The position numbers were made by a program, and so were the translations under genes. A DNA stretch of 64,000 bases from a virus (lineage: Duplodnaviria > Caudoviricetes), in the IMG/VR virus record IMGVR_UViG_3300048549_001527. The stretch is one strand, 5' to 3'. This document shows positions 47,133 to 59,400 of this stretch, in pieces (the first letter of the stretch is position 1; every line of letters starts with the position of its first letter). The notes under the pieces are model-generated. The model saw only the letters and a list, made by a program, of their open reading frames with translations, was not told the DNA's origin and ran no database searches.

Positions 47133-50100
47133 CCATTAAAGTTAAAGTCGGACAGCCATCCGTAAGACAAAACTTAAAAATTATTGCTAGGGGCGAAAAG
47201 AAACCGGTTATTGTACCGGACTCAGTTACCTTGGGTGTTGACACTGTTGGAAATTACATTGCTCAAATATATGCAGGCGATGGAATAATTGTTTCAAACA
47301 ACAACATAGAAACTGCAAATGTTACTATCACTCATGGTGATACTGCAAACGGCGCTACGAGTATAGTTAATCCTGAGTTGGGATTTATAAGAACGACTGA
47401 AATAGATCAGTTCGGCCATGTTATTGGATTAACTAGTACAACATTTAATTCTGCAGATTTTTCAGCAGCCAACAATGAACTATCATTAGCTGACAATTTA
47501 AATATAGATGTTGACTCAATTGTCGGCACAAGCAATACTGTAAACTTCCCAGGACAAATACTTAGCGGTGTTGAAAACCCAGTCGCAAATAACGACGTTG
47601 TAAACAAAGCATTCTTACTTCAAGAACTTGACTCTCTTGAAACAACAATTAAAGTATTTGACGATCCTATACTTCCAACTGATGCAGCGAACAAAAGATA
47701 CGTTGATGGTATTGCACAAGGTATTGTTGTAAGACCTTCGGCAATCGCAGCTACAACTGCAACACTTAGTGGAACTTATGCAACAGGTAATACTTCAGTA
47801 GGTGATACAATTACCTTAGCACCAGTTGCAACTCTTAATATTGATGGAGTTACCACTTGGGAAGTTGGCGATAACATTGTTGTTAAAGATCAAACAGATG
47901 CAAAACAAAATGGTAGCTATGATATTCTTCAAGTCGGTGATGCAACGACATCTTGGATTTTAAGAAGAGCTAAATGGCAATATTCATCTGATGATTTACC
48001 AGGATCTTTTGAATTTGTTACAGATGGTACTGTAAACGGACAAACAAGTTGGGTTATTACCGTTGCGGATGCAGAAAGCTTTGCAGTTAATATTGACGAT
48101 ATTACATGGACTCAGTTTTCAGGTGTAGGAACATTTACAGCTGGTACGGGATTAACTTTAAACGGTACTGAGTTTGTAGTTAACGAATCACAAATCATTG
48201 AAACTATCAATACGCCAAATCAATCGTTTTTAATAAACGGTACCGGCGCTATAAAAATCCCAGCCGGTGAAACAGTAGATCGTCCTACTCCAGCGTCAGG
48301 TATGCTTCGCTTTAATACAACAGATGGTAGATTTGAAGCATATGATGGATCGCAATGGGCAGGTCTTGCTGGTTCAGTTATTGACGTTGACCAAGATACT
48401 AAAATCATTGCCGAAAGCGCGGCTGGTACAGATAATGACCAACTTCAATTCTATACAGCTGGAAACCTATCAGCTCAGATTGATAACGATGGCACATTTA
48501 AAGTTTATGATAGATTTGTTTTACCAACAGGAAATACCGCAGTAAGATTTTCGCCATCTGCACAAGGTTCAATTAGATTTAACACAGAAGATTTAATCTT
48601 TGAAGGTTATGATGGAACAGCTTGGGCTGGTTTAGGTGGTGTGGTTGATGGCGACCAAGATACAAAAATCACGGCGGAAAGCGCTCCTGGTGTTGATGAA
48701 GATCAATTACAATTTTTTACAAACGGAACTTTAGCTGCTAAAATTGACAACGCAAATAACGCATTCTTTTATGGTGATGTTGATATTACAGGTAATCTTA
48801 CACTTGGTGGAAATATTACAATCGGTGACCAACAAACCGACTCTATTGAAGTTATTGCAGACTTTACAAGTAATCTTGTACCAAACGAAGACTCAACATA
48901 TAATTTAGGTTCATCAGTTAACAATTGGTATAAATTGTGGATTGATGAAATCAAAAATAAAGATAATATAATTAAGATTGCTTCCACAGGATCTTTGATA
49001 TTACCAGTAGGCGCAACAGGAGACCGTCCAACTGCAGCCACAGGTATGATTCGTTATAACACTTCTACTTCTCAGTTTGAAGGTTACGACGGAAATGCGT
49101 GGGCAGGTTTAGGTGGTATTATTGACGGCGACCAAGATACTCTTATTAAAGCTGAGTCGTCTGCAGGAGCCGATAACGATGAATTAGAATTTATCGCAGG
49201 CGGTACAAGTCAATTAAAAATTGGTACTCAAATTGTTGCTAATTCTACAATTACATCAACTGGTGATTTGGTGCTTGATGCACCGGCCAACAGTCATATC
49301 AGTGTAAGTAATAACAGAATTATTAATGTAGGAACTCCAGTTAACGCTAATGATGCTGCAACAAAAAGTTACGTTGATACTTTTGAGTCAGTACTTACAG
49401 TTACTGACGGTGCAAATACTTTTAATAATATTGACCTTATCCAATCACCTACCCTTACACTCGGTAGAGGTATGGCGGTTGAAGAAGAACAAGCTTCTAA
49501 CAATGCTATCACAATTGGCGTCGAGCAATCAGGTGTAACCGCAGGCCTTTATGGCCAAGATGGATTTTCTCCAAGAATTGCGATTGACGATACTGGACGA
49601 ATTACATTTGCTACTGACATCCCAGTTGAACTTCAAGCTAATGCTATTCCTGACTTTACTGAAACCGTGCATGACCTTGTCGGCGAAATGTTTAGAAACA
49701 ATATTGAAGAAGGCATTAGAATTACTCATGACGATGCTAACGACAAAATTGATGTTGTCATTACTGCAGACTTTGTCGAAAGTTTTAACGCAGGATTTGG
49801 TATTACAATTGACCACACTGTTGAAACTGGTTCTGTTGCCAATGTTTCAATTAATACAGTGGAAACTGACGCAAGATATCCAAAATTGGATGGCGGTGCT
49901 AATGCTGTATTTACAGACACAATTACCGCAACACAGTTTATAGATGCCGATGATAATTCATTCTTTGCGGATCCTGCATCTGAAAGTAGTTTCAATACAC
50001 TGAAACTCGGTGAAGGTCAAAACAGTACTCAAATCAAATTTAGAGGCAGTGAAGGTACTGCATACTTAAACTCAGACGGTAAGAAAATACGCTTTCTTAA

Positions 50101-51025
50101 CTCAGGATTTGGTACAGGGTTTGAATATGACAGATCTACTGGAAATGTTGATATTCCAGGCGGTGATGTATTAGCTGAAAGATTTATTGATACTGACGAC
50201 CAAACATATATGATCCATCCAGGCGGTTCTGGCTCTAAAATTAAATCTATAGAAATAACCGAAACTGCTACCGTAGGCAATTTAACTCTTACTGGAAATC
50301 AGCTTACATCAAATACAGGTATAGTTAGTCTCGCCACAAATAAAATTGCAAATTTAGGTACTCCTACAGATGCAAATGATGCTACAAATAAATCATATGT
50401 TGATAGCGTTGTCCAAGGTGTTGTTGTAAGGCCTTCGGTTCTTGCCGCAACAGTTGCCGATTTAAGTGGTACTTATAATAGTAACGATGGAACAATTACC
50501 TTATCAGCTAACACAACTCTTGATATTGATGGCGTTGTGGATTGGGTACTCGGCGAAACATTACTTGTTAAAGATCAAACTAATGCTCTACAAAATGGTG
50601 CATACGAAGTAACAACCGTAGGTGATGCTAGTACTGATTGGGTATTCACTAGAACTGTTTATTCAAATGACTCAGCAGAAATACCTGGAAGTTTCCACTT
50701 TGTAACCGACGGCGATACATATCGTAATACAGGTTGGGTGGCAACGGTTGTAGATGCTGAGTCTTTTGTAATCGGAGTTGGTGATATTGTTTGGACTCAG
50801 TTCTCAGGATCTGGTACATTTACTGCTGGCGTTGGTCTAACATTAACAGGAACCGAGTTTTCAATAACTAATCCACAAATTACTATTTCTGGTGAAAGTG
50901 GGGCAAACCAAGATATATCATTAGGTGGAACTTTAGAGTTTGAAGGTACAGATGGAGTAAATACGACTATCTCTGCCGGTAAAGTTTCCATCGCTGTTGA
51001 TGAGATTGATGGTGGTACGTTTTAA
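47129..51025 (+). CDS. Modular tail fibre protein (1298 aa)
   Basis: Three P.G.T..RP....G..RFNT....FEGYDG..WAGLGG..D.DQDT.I.AES repeats, two QG.VVRPS...WTQFSG.GTFTAG modules and DA.NK.YVD knots; ends EIDGGTF. Confidence 0.85.
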   Translation: MTIKVKVGQPSVRQNLKIIARGEKKPVIVPDSVTLGVDTVGNYIAQIYAGDGIIVSNNNIETANVTITHGDTANGATSIVNPELGFIRTTEIDQFGHVIGLTSTTFNSADFSAANNELSLADNLNIDVDSIVGTSNTVNFPGQILSGVENPVANNDVVNKAFLLQELDSLETTIKVFDDPILPTDAANKRYVDGIAQGIVVRPSAIAATTATLSGTYATGNTSVGDTITLAPVATLNIDGVTTWEVGDNIVVKDQTDAKQNGSYDILQVGDATTSWILRRAKWQYSSDDLPGSFEFVTDGTVNGQTSWVITVADAESFAVNIDDITWTQFSGVGTFTAGTGLTLNGTEFVVNESQIIETINTPNQSFLINGTGAIKIPAGETVDRPTPASGMLRFNTTDGRFEAYDGSQWAGLAGSVIDVDQDTKIIAESAAGTDNDQLQFYTAGNLSAQIDNDGTFKVYDRFVLPTGNTAVRFSPSAQGSIRFNTEDLIFEGYDGTAWAGLGGVVDGDQDTKITAESAPGVDEDQLQFFTNGTLAAKIDNANNAFFYGDVDITGNLTLGGNITIGDQQTDSIEVIADFTSNLVPNEDSTYNLGSSVNNWYKLWIDEIKNKDNIIKIASTGSLILPVGATGDRPTAATGMIRYNTSTSQFEGYDGNAWAGLGGIIDGDQDTLIKAESSAGADNDELEFIAGGTSQLKIGTQIVANSTITSTGDLVLDAPANSHISVSNNRIINVGTPVNANDAATKSYVDTFESVLTVTDGANTFNNIDLIQSPTLTLGRGMAVEEEQASNNAITIGVEQSGVTAGLYGQDGFSPRIAIDDTGRITFATDIPVELQANAIPDFTETVHDLVGEMFRNNIEEGIRITHDDANDKIDVVITADFVESFNAGFGITIDHTVETGSVANVSINTVETDARYPKLDGGANAVFTDTITATQFIDADDNSFFADPASESSFNTLKLGEGQNSTQIKFRGSEGTAYLNSDGKKIRFLNSGFGTGFEYDRSTGNVDIPGGDVLAERFIDTDDQTYMIHPGGSGSKIKSIEITETATVGNLTLTGNQLTSNTGIVSLATNKIANLGTPTDANDATNKSYVDSVVQGVVVRPSVLAATVADLSGTYNSNDGTITLSANTTLDIDGVVDWVLGETLLVKDQTNALQNGAYEVTTVGDASTDWVFTRTVYSNDSAEIPGSFHFVTDGDTYRNTGWVATVVDAESFVIGVGDIVWTQFSGSGTFTAGVGLTLTGTEFSITNPQITISGESGANQDISLGGTLEFEGTDGVNTTISAGKVSIAVDEIDGGTF

Positions 51026-51061
51026 CTAATTGTTTTAACAAACCATAGAGTATTATTATTA

Positions 51062-51073
51062 AGGTATATACCT
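51062..51073. other. Perfect 12-bp palindrome AGGTATATACCT in the intergenic region
   Basis: Self-complementary 12-mer 22 nt upstream of the 51096 start. Confidence 0.6.
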
Positions 51074-51095
51074 ATTATAACAAAGGGACATAGAT

Positions 51096-53393
51096 ATGTC
51101 AACAATTAAATTACGCCGTAGTTCGGTTGCTGGCCGAATTCCGACCACCGCTCAGTTAGAGCTCGGTGAAATTGCTATCAACACTGCTGATGGTAAATTA
51201 TATTTTAAGAAATACGACGCTGTTGCTAATACGGAATCAATCATTGACGTATCTGCAGATTTAGATGCAGCAGCAATCCTTTCACTTTTAACTGGAGTTG
51301 ACGGCGCAGGTTCAAACCTTGATGCTGACCTCCTTGATGGTGAGGAAGGATCCTATTATTTAGATTGGGCAAACTTTACGAACACGGCCACAGGTGTAGT
51401 CGCAAATACGTATGGTTCTTCAACAGAAATTCCAGTTCTTACAATTGATGCTGATGGAAGAATCACAACAGCTAATACGACCGCCGTTGCCGGTGTTGAT
51501 GATTTTACATATGATGCGGCAAATAACCAATTGGCTCTTACAACTGGTGACGGTACTGTATATAACTTATTCTTAAATCAATTTAAAGATTTAGTTGTTG
51601 AAGATCTTACCGCCAACTCAATTAACATTGATACACTTGGCTTTGATGCGTTAGACGTCGCTGGTGATATTAGTGCAAACAACGGATTTTTCGCAGGAGA
51701 CATTACAGTTGATGGCGTAGTTAAATCTGATTTAACAGTTACCCTTACTGGTGATGTTACTGGTACAACAACTTCAAACACAGGAACTATTTCTGTTGTA
51801 ACTGATATTGCGGCATCAGGTGTAACCGCAAATACATATGGCTCTGCAACCGCCATTCCAGTTGTCACGGTTGCGGCAGATGGTCGTATCACAAACGCAA
51901 CAACAACTCCAGTTGCTGGCGTTGATAGTTTTACTTATGCTGCAGCTAATAACACAATTACATTAGAAACTGGCGACGGTTCAGTATTTCATATTGCAAC
52001 TGAAACTGAAGTTACGCTTACAGGTGATGTTACAGGAACCGCCACCGCAACCGACGGCAATCTTTCAATAGCCGCAGATATAGCTAACTCAGGGGTCACT
52101 GCAGGCTCGTATGGATCATCTTCACAAATACCAGTTGTTACTGTTGGCCTTGATGGGCGCATCACCTCTATGTCTAATACGGCTGTTGCGGGTGTTGATG
52201 ATGTATCTTGGGTATCCGCAAACAGCACTTTAGTTATTGAAACCGGTGACGGATCAACATACTTTACGACTATTGATACATTTGACGAAATCACAATGGT
52301 TGGAAACGGAACTGTTGATGGAAGAGACCTTTCGGTTGATGGCGCTAAACTTGACCTAATTGAAGATGAGGCAACCGCAGATCAAACCGCCGCAGAAATT
52401 CTTGCAGCGCTGATAACTGTTGACGGAGATGGATCCGGCCTTGACGCAGATACAGTTGATGGATATTCCGCAGCTGAAATTCTAGATGCAGCGGCTAATA
52501 ACGCGCAATCATTAGTTGGCGCTGGTGATGTTACTATCACGGCAAATAATGGCTTAATCGGCGTTGCATCGTTTAATGTTAATACATCAAACACTGAAAA
52601 CTTTTCAATATCACACGCTGATACGTCAAGTGTTTCTGATGTTGATAATTCAGCAGGTAATGTATTACAAGATATAAGTTTTGATACTTATGGGCACGTA
52701 CAGACAGTTTCATCAGTAGATCTTGATGGCCGTTATTATACTGAAACAGAAACAGATGGATTTTTAGTACTTAAAGCTGATAAGACTATCGCAATCACCG
52801 CAGGCACAGCATTAACTGGCGGAGGGACGCTCGGCGCAAATATAACTATTAATCATGGAGATACTTCATCACAGGCAAACCTCGCGTTTGCAAATACAGG
52901 TTTAAATCCTGAATTTATTGATGCAATAAATTTTGATGACCACGGCCATGTCTTATCAGTTGTAAAAGGTATTAGGCAATATTTAGATACTGCAACTGCA
53001 GACGCAAGATACGTTAATGTAACAGGCGACACAATGTCTGGAGCGTTGACCGTTAACGCAAATATCAATCAAACAAACTCTACACATATTGACGCATCTG
53101 TTACGACTACGGCAACAACACAGGCAACAGTATATGCATTCCCATACGCATCCTACGGTGGAGCAGAGATTACAATTACTGCGTCAAGTGGAAGTAATCG
53201 TCACGTGACTAAACTTCTAGTTACACACGACGGTTCAACTGCAATCGCAACGGAATACGGTGTTGTTTATACAAACGCAGAATTAGCAACATATGATGTA
53301 TCAATTTCAGGGCCTGTCTTGCTAATTCAAGCAACACCTGCTTCTGTAAGTTCTACAAAATTCCAAACCTTTGGGCAGCTTGCCAAAGTATAA
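51096..53393 (+). CDS. Tail fibre protein with an Mtd-N-like N-terminus (765 aa)
   Basis: IKLRRS.VAGRIP....LELGEIAINTADGKLYFK; LDAD.LDG motifs; three GV.A..YGS...IPV.TV..DGRIT repeats; C-terminal domain H.TKLLVTHDG.TA..TEYG.V.T...LAT.D..ISG. Confidence 0.85.
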   Translation: MSTIKLRRSSVAGRIPTTAQLELGEIAINTADGKLYFKKYDAVANTESIIDVSADLDAAAILSLLTGVDGAGSNLDADLLDGEEGSYYLDWANFTNTATGVVANTYGSSTEIPVLTIDADGRITTANTTAVAGVDDFTYDAANNQLALTTGDGTVYNLFLNQFKDLVVEDLTANSINIDTLGFDALDVAGDISANNGFFAGDITVDGVVKSDLTVTLTGDVTGTTTSNTGTISVVTDIAASGVTANTYGSATAIPVVTVAADGRITNATTTPVAGVDSFTYAAANNTITLETGDGSVFHIATETEVTLTGDVTGTATATDGNLSIAADIANSGVTAGSYGSSSQIPVVTVGLDGRITSMSNTAVAGVDDVSWVSANSTLVIETGDGSTYFTTIDTFDEITMVGNGTVDGRDLSVDGAKLDLIEDEATADQTAAEILAALITVDGDGSGLDADTVDGYSAAEILDAAANNAQSLVGAGDVTITANNGLIGVASFNVNTSNTENFSISHADTSSVSDVDNSAGNVLQDISFDTYGHVQTVSSVDLDGRYYTETETDGFLVLKADKTIAITAGTALTGGGTLGANITINHGDTSSQANLAFANTGLNPEFIDAINFDDHGHVLSVVKGIRQYLDTATADARYVNVTGDTMSGALTVNANINQTNSTHIDASVTTTATTQATVYAFPYASYGGAEITITASSGSNRHVTKLLVTHDGSTAIATEYGVVYTNAELATYDVSISGPVLLIQATPASVSSTKFQTFGQLAKV

Positions 53394-53396
53394 ATA
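53389..53396 (+). promoter_or_regulatory. T4-type late promoter overlapping the stop codon, upstream of the 3200-aa fibre
   Basis: Exact TATAAATA containing the TAA at 53391-53393, 34 nt before the GTG start; SD GGGAG precedes the start. Confidence 0.8.
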
Positions 53397-53429
53397 ATAG
53401 AAAATAAGCCAATTTGGGGAGAGTGAACC

Positions 53430-56400
53430 GTGGCGAACGATAAAAAGTTTATAGTCAAGAATGGTCTCTTGACACAAGAAAATGTTGTTATTGGATCTAC
53501 TACTGATACCGGAGAAAAGCTCCAGGTAACAGGTACTACAAAGGCCACTGGGCAAGTTGAAATTACCCAAGCTACAGCATCTCCTAGTTTAGTCGTAAAG
53601 AATACTAATAACACCGTTGGTGATCAATTCGTAGAATTTGAAGGTAGAACAGCATCCCTTGTTTTACGTGATGTCGGTGACGGTGATTATGCTTGGTATA
53701 ATACAAGTGGTGCAACTGAACTTAAATTTAATAACAATGCCGGAAACGGATTAGAATTTTCTGTTGGCGGTAATAGCAAATTTCAAATCACAACAACTCA
53801 AGCAGATTTTAAAATTGACCCAACAGTTAATGGTAGTACTATATGGTACGCTAATAACGATGGCGCAGGATCAGGATTAGATGCAGACCTCCTAGATGGA
53901 GTTGAAGGCGCAAGTTTTGTAAGATCTGACGAAGACGACACGATGTCAGGTAGTTATGTTATCACTGGTAACTTAACAGTCCAAGGCGTAACAACCACAG
54001 TCAATTCTGAAACCGTTTTAATCGCTGATAACTTACTTACCCTTAATAGTAATTACACTGGATCTACTCCTACTGAAAATGCAGGTTGGGAAGTAGAACG
54101 CGGTACATTAACTAATTCATCTTTACAATGGGATGAAACAAACGATTGGTTTAAACTAATTTCAGCAGGTACAGACTTAGGTCGTATTATTACAACTGCA
54201 GATGAAGGTTCAGGTAACGGTTTTGATGCTGACACGGTTGACGGTTTAGAGGCTGCGCAATTCTTACGAGCAGATGCAGACGATACTGCAACCGGTAATA
54301 TTACAATTGAACAAGTTCTTACAATTGGTAACAACTCAGGTCCTGCCCGAATTAACTTTGATGGCAATGGAACAAACCGATCCATTTACAGCACAGCTGG
54401 AAATATTGGGTTTACAAATAATTCCTTATCTTGGTCAGCATATTCTGACACAAACGATGACTGGATTGTAACCAACGATATCTATGCAAAGCGTTTCCTT
54501 GACTCCGATGATAATACATTTTTAGTAGATCCTGCATCAACTTCTAAAGTTAATAATATTGAATTAGCTGGAAACCTTAGTGGTGCTGGCGGAAATACTA
54601 ACGATTATATTACTTTTGCTAGCAGCACAGTACAGACTCATATTGATAACACTTTAAGATGGACCGTTGGTTTAACTGAAAACGTATCAAACGTTATAAT
54701 TAAAGCTCCTGCATACTATGACTTAAACGATGTAAATTATTTCTTAGATCCTGCTGGTGACTCAGAATTAAAAACAATCCTACTTGATGATTACATTATT
54801 CATAGAGGTGACGCTGATACTTATATGGGGTTTGACGCGGCAGACGCAATGACATTCGTGACAGGCGGAACAGAAAGATTTAACCTTGATAACGATAGCG
54901 CTGATTTTTCTGTAAATGTATATGCTCCAAAATTTATCGACTCAAATAACAATACTTATTTCTTAGATCCTGGTGCAACATCAGGACCGTCTCTTATTGT
55001 AAGCCAACAAATTCAAGGTGATGATGGTACAGCTAGTATTCCAGGTTATGGTTTTGAAGCAGGCACAAGTACTGGTATGTACAGATCTGGAGCTGATGTT
55101 CTTGCATTTACTCAAGGCGGGGTAAATCGTTTCTTCGTTGGTTTTTCTAGCGGTGCAGCTAACTATTCATTGGTTGATATGAGAGCTCCTAGATTTGTTG
55201 ACTCTGATAATACAGCTTATTATGCGGATCCTGCATCTGACTCTCAAATGAATACTATTGACATTGATGATTATATTCGTCACCGTGGTGATATCACAAC
55301 TTATATTGGTTTCCCAACTGATGGACAAATATCAACATTTACTAACGGCGCTGAAAGAATGCGCACAACCGATGCTCTTACGTATTTTGACCAAAATGTA
55401 AGTGTTGGTACAACAAGTAATTCTTATACTTTAGATGTATATCATGCTACTCTTGATACGATTGCACGATTTAAGAGTGGTGATAACAGAGCGTCTATTG
55501 CAGTATCAGATGATGATACAACCGCATATGTTTTAGCAGAAAATTCGCTTGCTCACTTTGGTATGACATCATTTATTGATGAAGCCAATTTAGTTATCAA
55601 CGCAGATGGTAATGTTGGTATTGGTACTGTCACGCCAACCGAAGCAAATCTTAATCTTAGTACAAGATCGGCCGCAACAAACAATCCGTTTGCTGCAGCT
55701 AATAAACTGCTATCATTGCAAGATAACGATACTGAAAAATCATATTGGGCTTTGGATAATTCAAGTAATGTTTGGATTATTGGAAACGGCGAATACTTAT
55801 TCTCGACCACAGGCGCAAGCATCGGTGTTACAATAGATGCAACCAACGGCGAACTTGTTGTTGGTGACCAAAACGGTACTTATGCAACAATGGATGGCAC
55901 TTACGAAGGAGTTTCAATTTCTGCTACTCCTTCTCCATCTGCAAACAAACTCCATGTAAATGGCTCAGTTCAATTAAATTCACAGACCGACGTATTTGCA
56001 ATTAGCGCAGCTGATGGTGGTAATGCTAATATCAACGCAGCCACATTCTTAGGTGTTAATGAATTAGGATTTTCTGCCGGTGGTGGCTTCTTTATGGACG
56101 ACACTACTACAATAAAAACTCGTGGGAATAAAAATATACAAACCACAGGCGATATGTATGCAGGCCGTTTTTATGATGATGATAATAACAATTACTATGG
56201 CGACTTTGCATCTACATCTCAAATGGCGCAAATTGATATTGATACATATATTCGTCATCGCGGAGACACAAATACATATTTTGGATTTGAAGCTAACGAC
56301 ACATTTAGAATTTGGACTGACGGAACGCAAAGATTTAACATTGATAATAATTCTGCTGATTTTGCTGTTAACGTATATGCTCCAATATATTTTGACTCCA

Positions 56401-59400
56401 ATAACAATACTTATTATGGCGATTTTGGTAATACTGATGTTTCAATCAAAATGGCAGGAGAAATACTTGGCGGAGATGGCGCACTTGCTACTCCAACATA
56501 TGCGTTTAATAGTCAAGCAAATAGCGGCATGTACAAGTATGCTGCAAACGTATTAGGTTTTTCTGCAAACGGTAACGATGAGTTTAGAGTATACAGTAGC
56601 TATTCATTATCTCCAGGTTCTTCAAGAGCACCAATCTTTTATGATAGTGATAACACTGCATATTATACAAATCCAGCAAGTACATCTTACTTGTATAATG
56701 CGTATATTAAAGGTGGACATGATGACACCAGATTACAGCTTTGGTATCCAAGCGCTACCGCGGCAAACGAAGCATTCTTAACTTTATGGGCATCAGAGCC
56801 AGCACTCACTTATCATGGTGCAGGTATAGGTGCAAACATTGACTTTAATGGCCAGTATTATGGGCGTGAAACCGCAGGTCAACCGTATGGTGTTTATTTA
56901 AGATTTAGACCAGATATAGGTGAGGCTTCATTAAATACAACAATTGGTACACCTGATACTGCTGGCGCAGCTCAAGTAAAACATTTTTATGTTCTGCCAG
57001 ACGGTAACGTATTTGCAAGAACATCATCCCGCGCTCCAATCTTTTATGACTCGAACAACACTGCGTTTTATACAGACCAAGCAAGTACTTCACTTCATAA
57101 CGTTCAAAGAGTTCAGCAACTTCAAGTCGACAGTGCAACATATACAATTGATGGTGTAACTGGCGATTATGGTTCTATTAAAGTTTCAGGCGATACAGGT
57201 AGTTATGCAGGATACGCAATTAACGATGATTGGGTATTCATGGCAACCGGTAGCACTAGTGCTGGTATTTTTAATGATACTCGTAACGAATGGGTTTTGC
57301 AGGCAACTGATAATAGCTGGACAAGATTGTACGCAAACGGCGTTCATCAAATTGGCGCTGAAAACGGTTATGGCTATGCTCCAACTCAAATGCGAGCTCC
57401 AGTATTTTATGACTCAGATAACACTTCATTCTTTGCCAACTTTGCAGCTGGAAATACAAGTACAGCGATTAGTATTAATGGTCAAATAAGCAGAACAGGT
57501 TTTGCAACCGGAGATGTTACGACTAACAAATATCTTATAGCCGAAGATCGTAACCATTGGGTTTGGACTCCTACAAATAATTGGGGTATTTTCTGGGCTA
57601 CAACAACATCGTCACTCGCTCATTTTGGATCTGCTAATCCAAACGAACTTACATTCGTAGGTAATGGCGATATTAAAGCATCTATTGATTTGGATAACGG
57701 TAACTTCTACGCCAAAGGCGAAGGTACATTCTCAAATATCAGAATTAGCGGCGGTAACGAAGATCTTCCACTTCTCAAATCATATGGCTCAGGTCTTGCT
57801 GATACAGTTCTATTCGATGGAACAATGTATTGGGAAAAACGAGTTATTCAGGCTATGCAAGGTACTGAAGACAGCGCAACAACTTCTACAGCGGACTTTG
57901 TTAAATCAGGTATCGCGCCAGTTGCATCAAGTTATATAATCAGAACAAGCGGCTATCGTACATTTGTATCTGACTATATTGAGGTTGAGCCGGGTGAAGA
58001 ACTTTATGGCGAAATTGCTGCAAGATATGTATCAGGCAGTGGATCAACCTTGTATTATGGTATTGAGCGTTTTGATAAAGATAAAAACCCAATTGCCGCT
58101 AACACTGGCACAACATATTTCGTTGCAAGTAATGTTAACGTTAGTTCAACAAGTTGGACAACATATTCGGGTCACACGACAATTCCAACAAGTCATACAG
58201 CTTTTAGCGGCTCTGATGGATCAGGTGTTAAATACGTTCGTATTCGCCTATTAATGAACTATCAAACAACCGGTGCTCTTCGTGAATTTGGTCCTCCAAT
58301 TCTAAAAAGAACACAGGTTCATAGTAGACTTCGTAGCTCAAATATTTATGCTCCGATTATGTATGATGCCGATGATAACAATTATTATGTAGATCCAAAC
58401 GCAACATCTAAGATGAACGTTGTTGATGCAAGTAACTTTAGAGATAGAGATAACACTGCTTACTTTATGAATCCTCAAACTGGTGGTAGGGTTTCAGGAC
58501 CTTGGGATTGGTCAAACGGTTCAATTGAAAATCTAAACAACCTTTCATTTAACGATCCAGGTCCACAAGAAGGTATTAAGTGGAAAGGTGGTGAGACCTG
58601 GCAAATTTACGAATCACCAAACGATCTAACTACAAATGCAGGCGGTAACCTACAGTTTACTTCTTCTTCGTTAGGAACTGGCGCAGGTACAATGCGTATG
58701 CGTGTTGAAACTGACGGAGACGTACACGCTGGAAACAGAATGTTTGCCACAGCATTTATTGACTCAAACGACACTGGCTTTTCTGCAAATCCTGCAAGTA
58801 CTTCTGTATTCAGTAAACTTCACATTGGCTCAACATCAAACTTAGGCGATGGCACTGATCCAGATATTTCAACTAGTATAATTCAAGCTACATCTAAAAT
58901 TGTAACACCAAGAGTTGTATTCTTAAACGATGGCACTGGTGATGACAATTATATTCAGCACAGTGATACTAACAGCGCACACACTGTAGCAGGACAGCAA
59001 ATGGGCGCATGGTTTGAATTTATTGGTGATAAGATTTCAGCCACAGACTCTAACTCAGCAGGTATTGTTGCTTCTGGCCTTAAATCAAGATACGGATCAT
59101 TTCAAAACCGACTTGATGCTGCAATTATGTACGACTACAGTAGCACAAGTTATTATGTAGACCCTGCGTCAACCTCACGTCTTAATACACTGCGTACCAA
59201 CAGATTATATCCTGCTTACGATAATAATTCTAGTGTTTACTTTGATTATCCATCTTCATATGGCACCTACGGTTCTGTTGCAGTTTATGGTTCTGGTAGA
59301 AGCGGGTATTCAGGATATTCTATTAACAATCGCTATGTCTTTATGTCGTCTAGCATTACAAACATGGGCCTCTATAACGATTACGATAATGAATGGATGT

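Noticed and set aside
54790-56270. RGD integrin-binding motifs implying a eukaryotic target
   Set aside because: RGD is part of a repeated structural HRGD motif in a bacteriophage fibre; nothing else suggests eukaryotic interaction.
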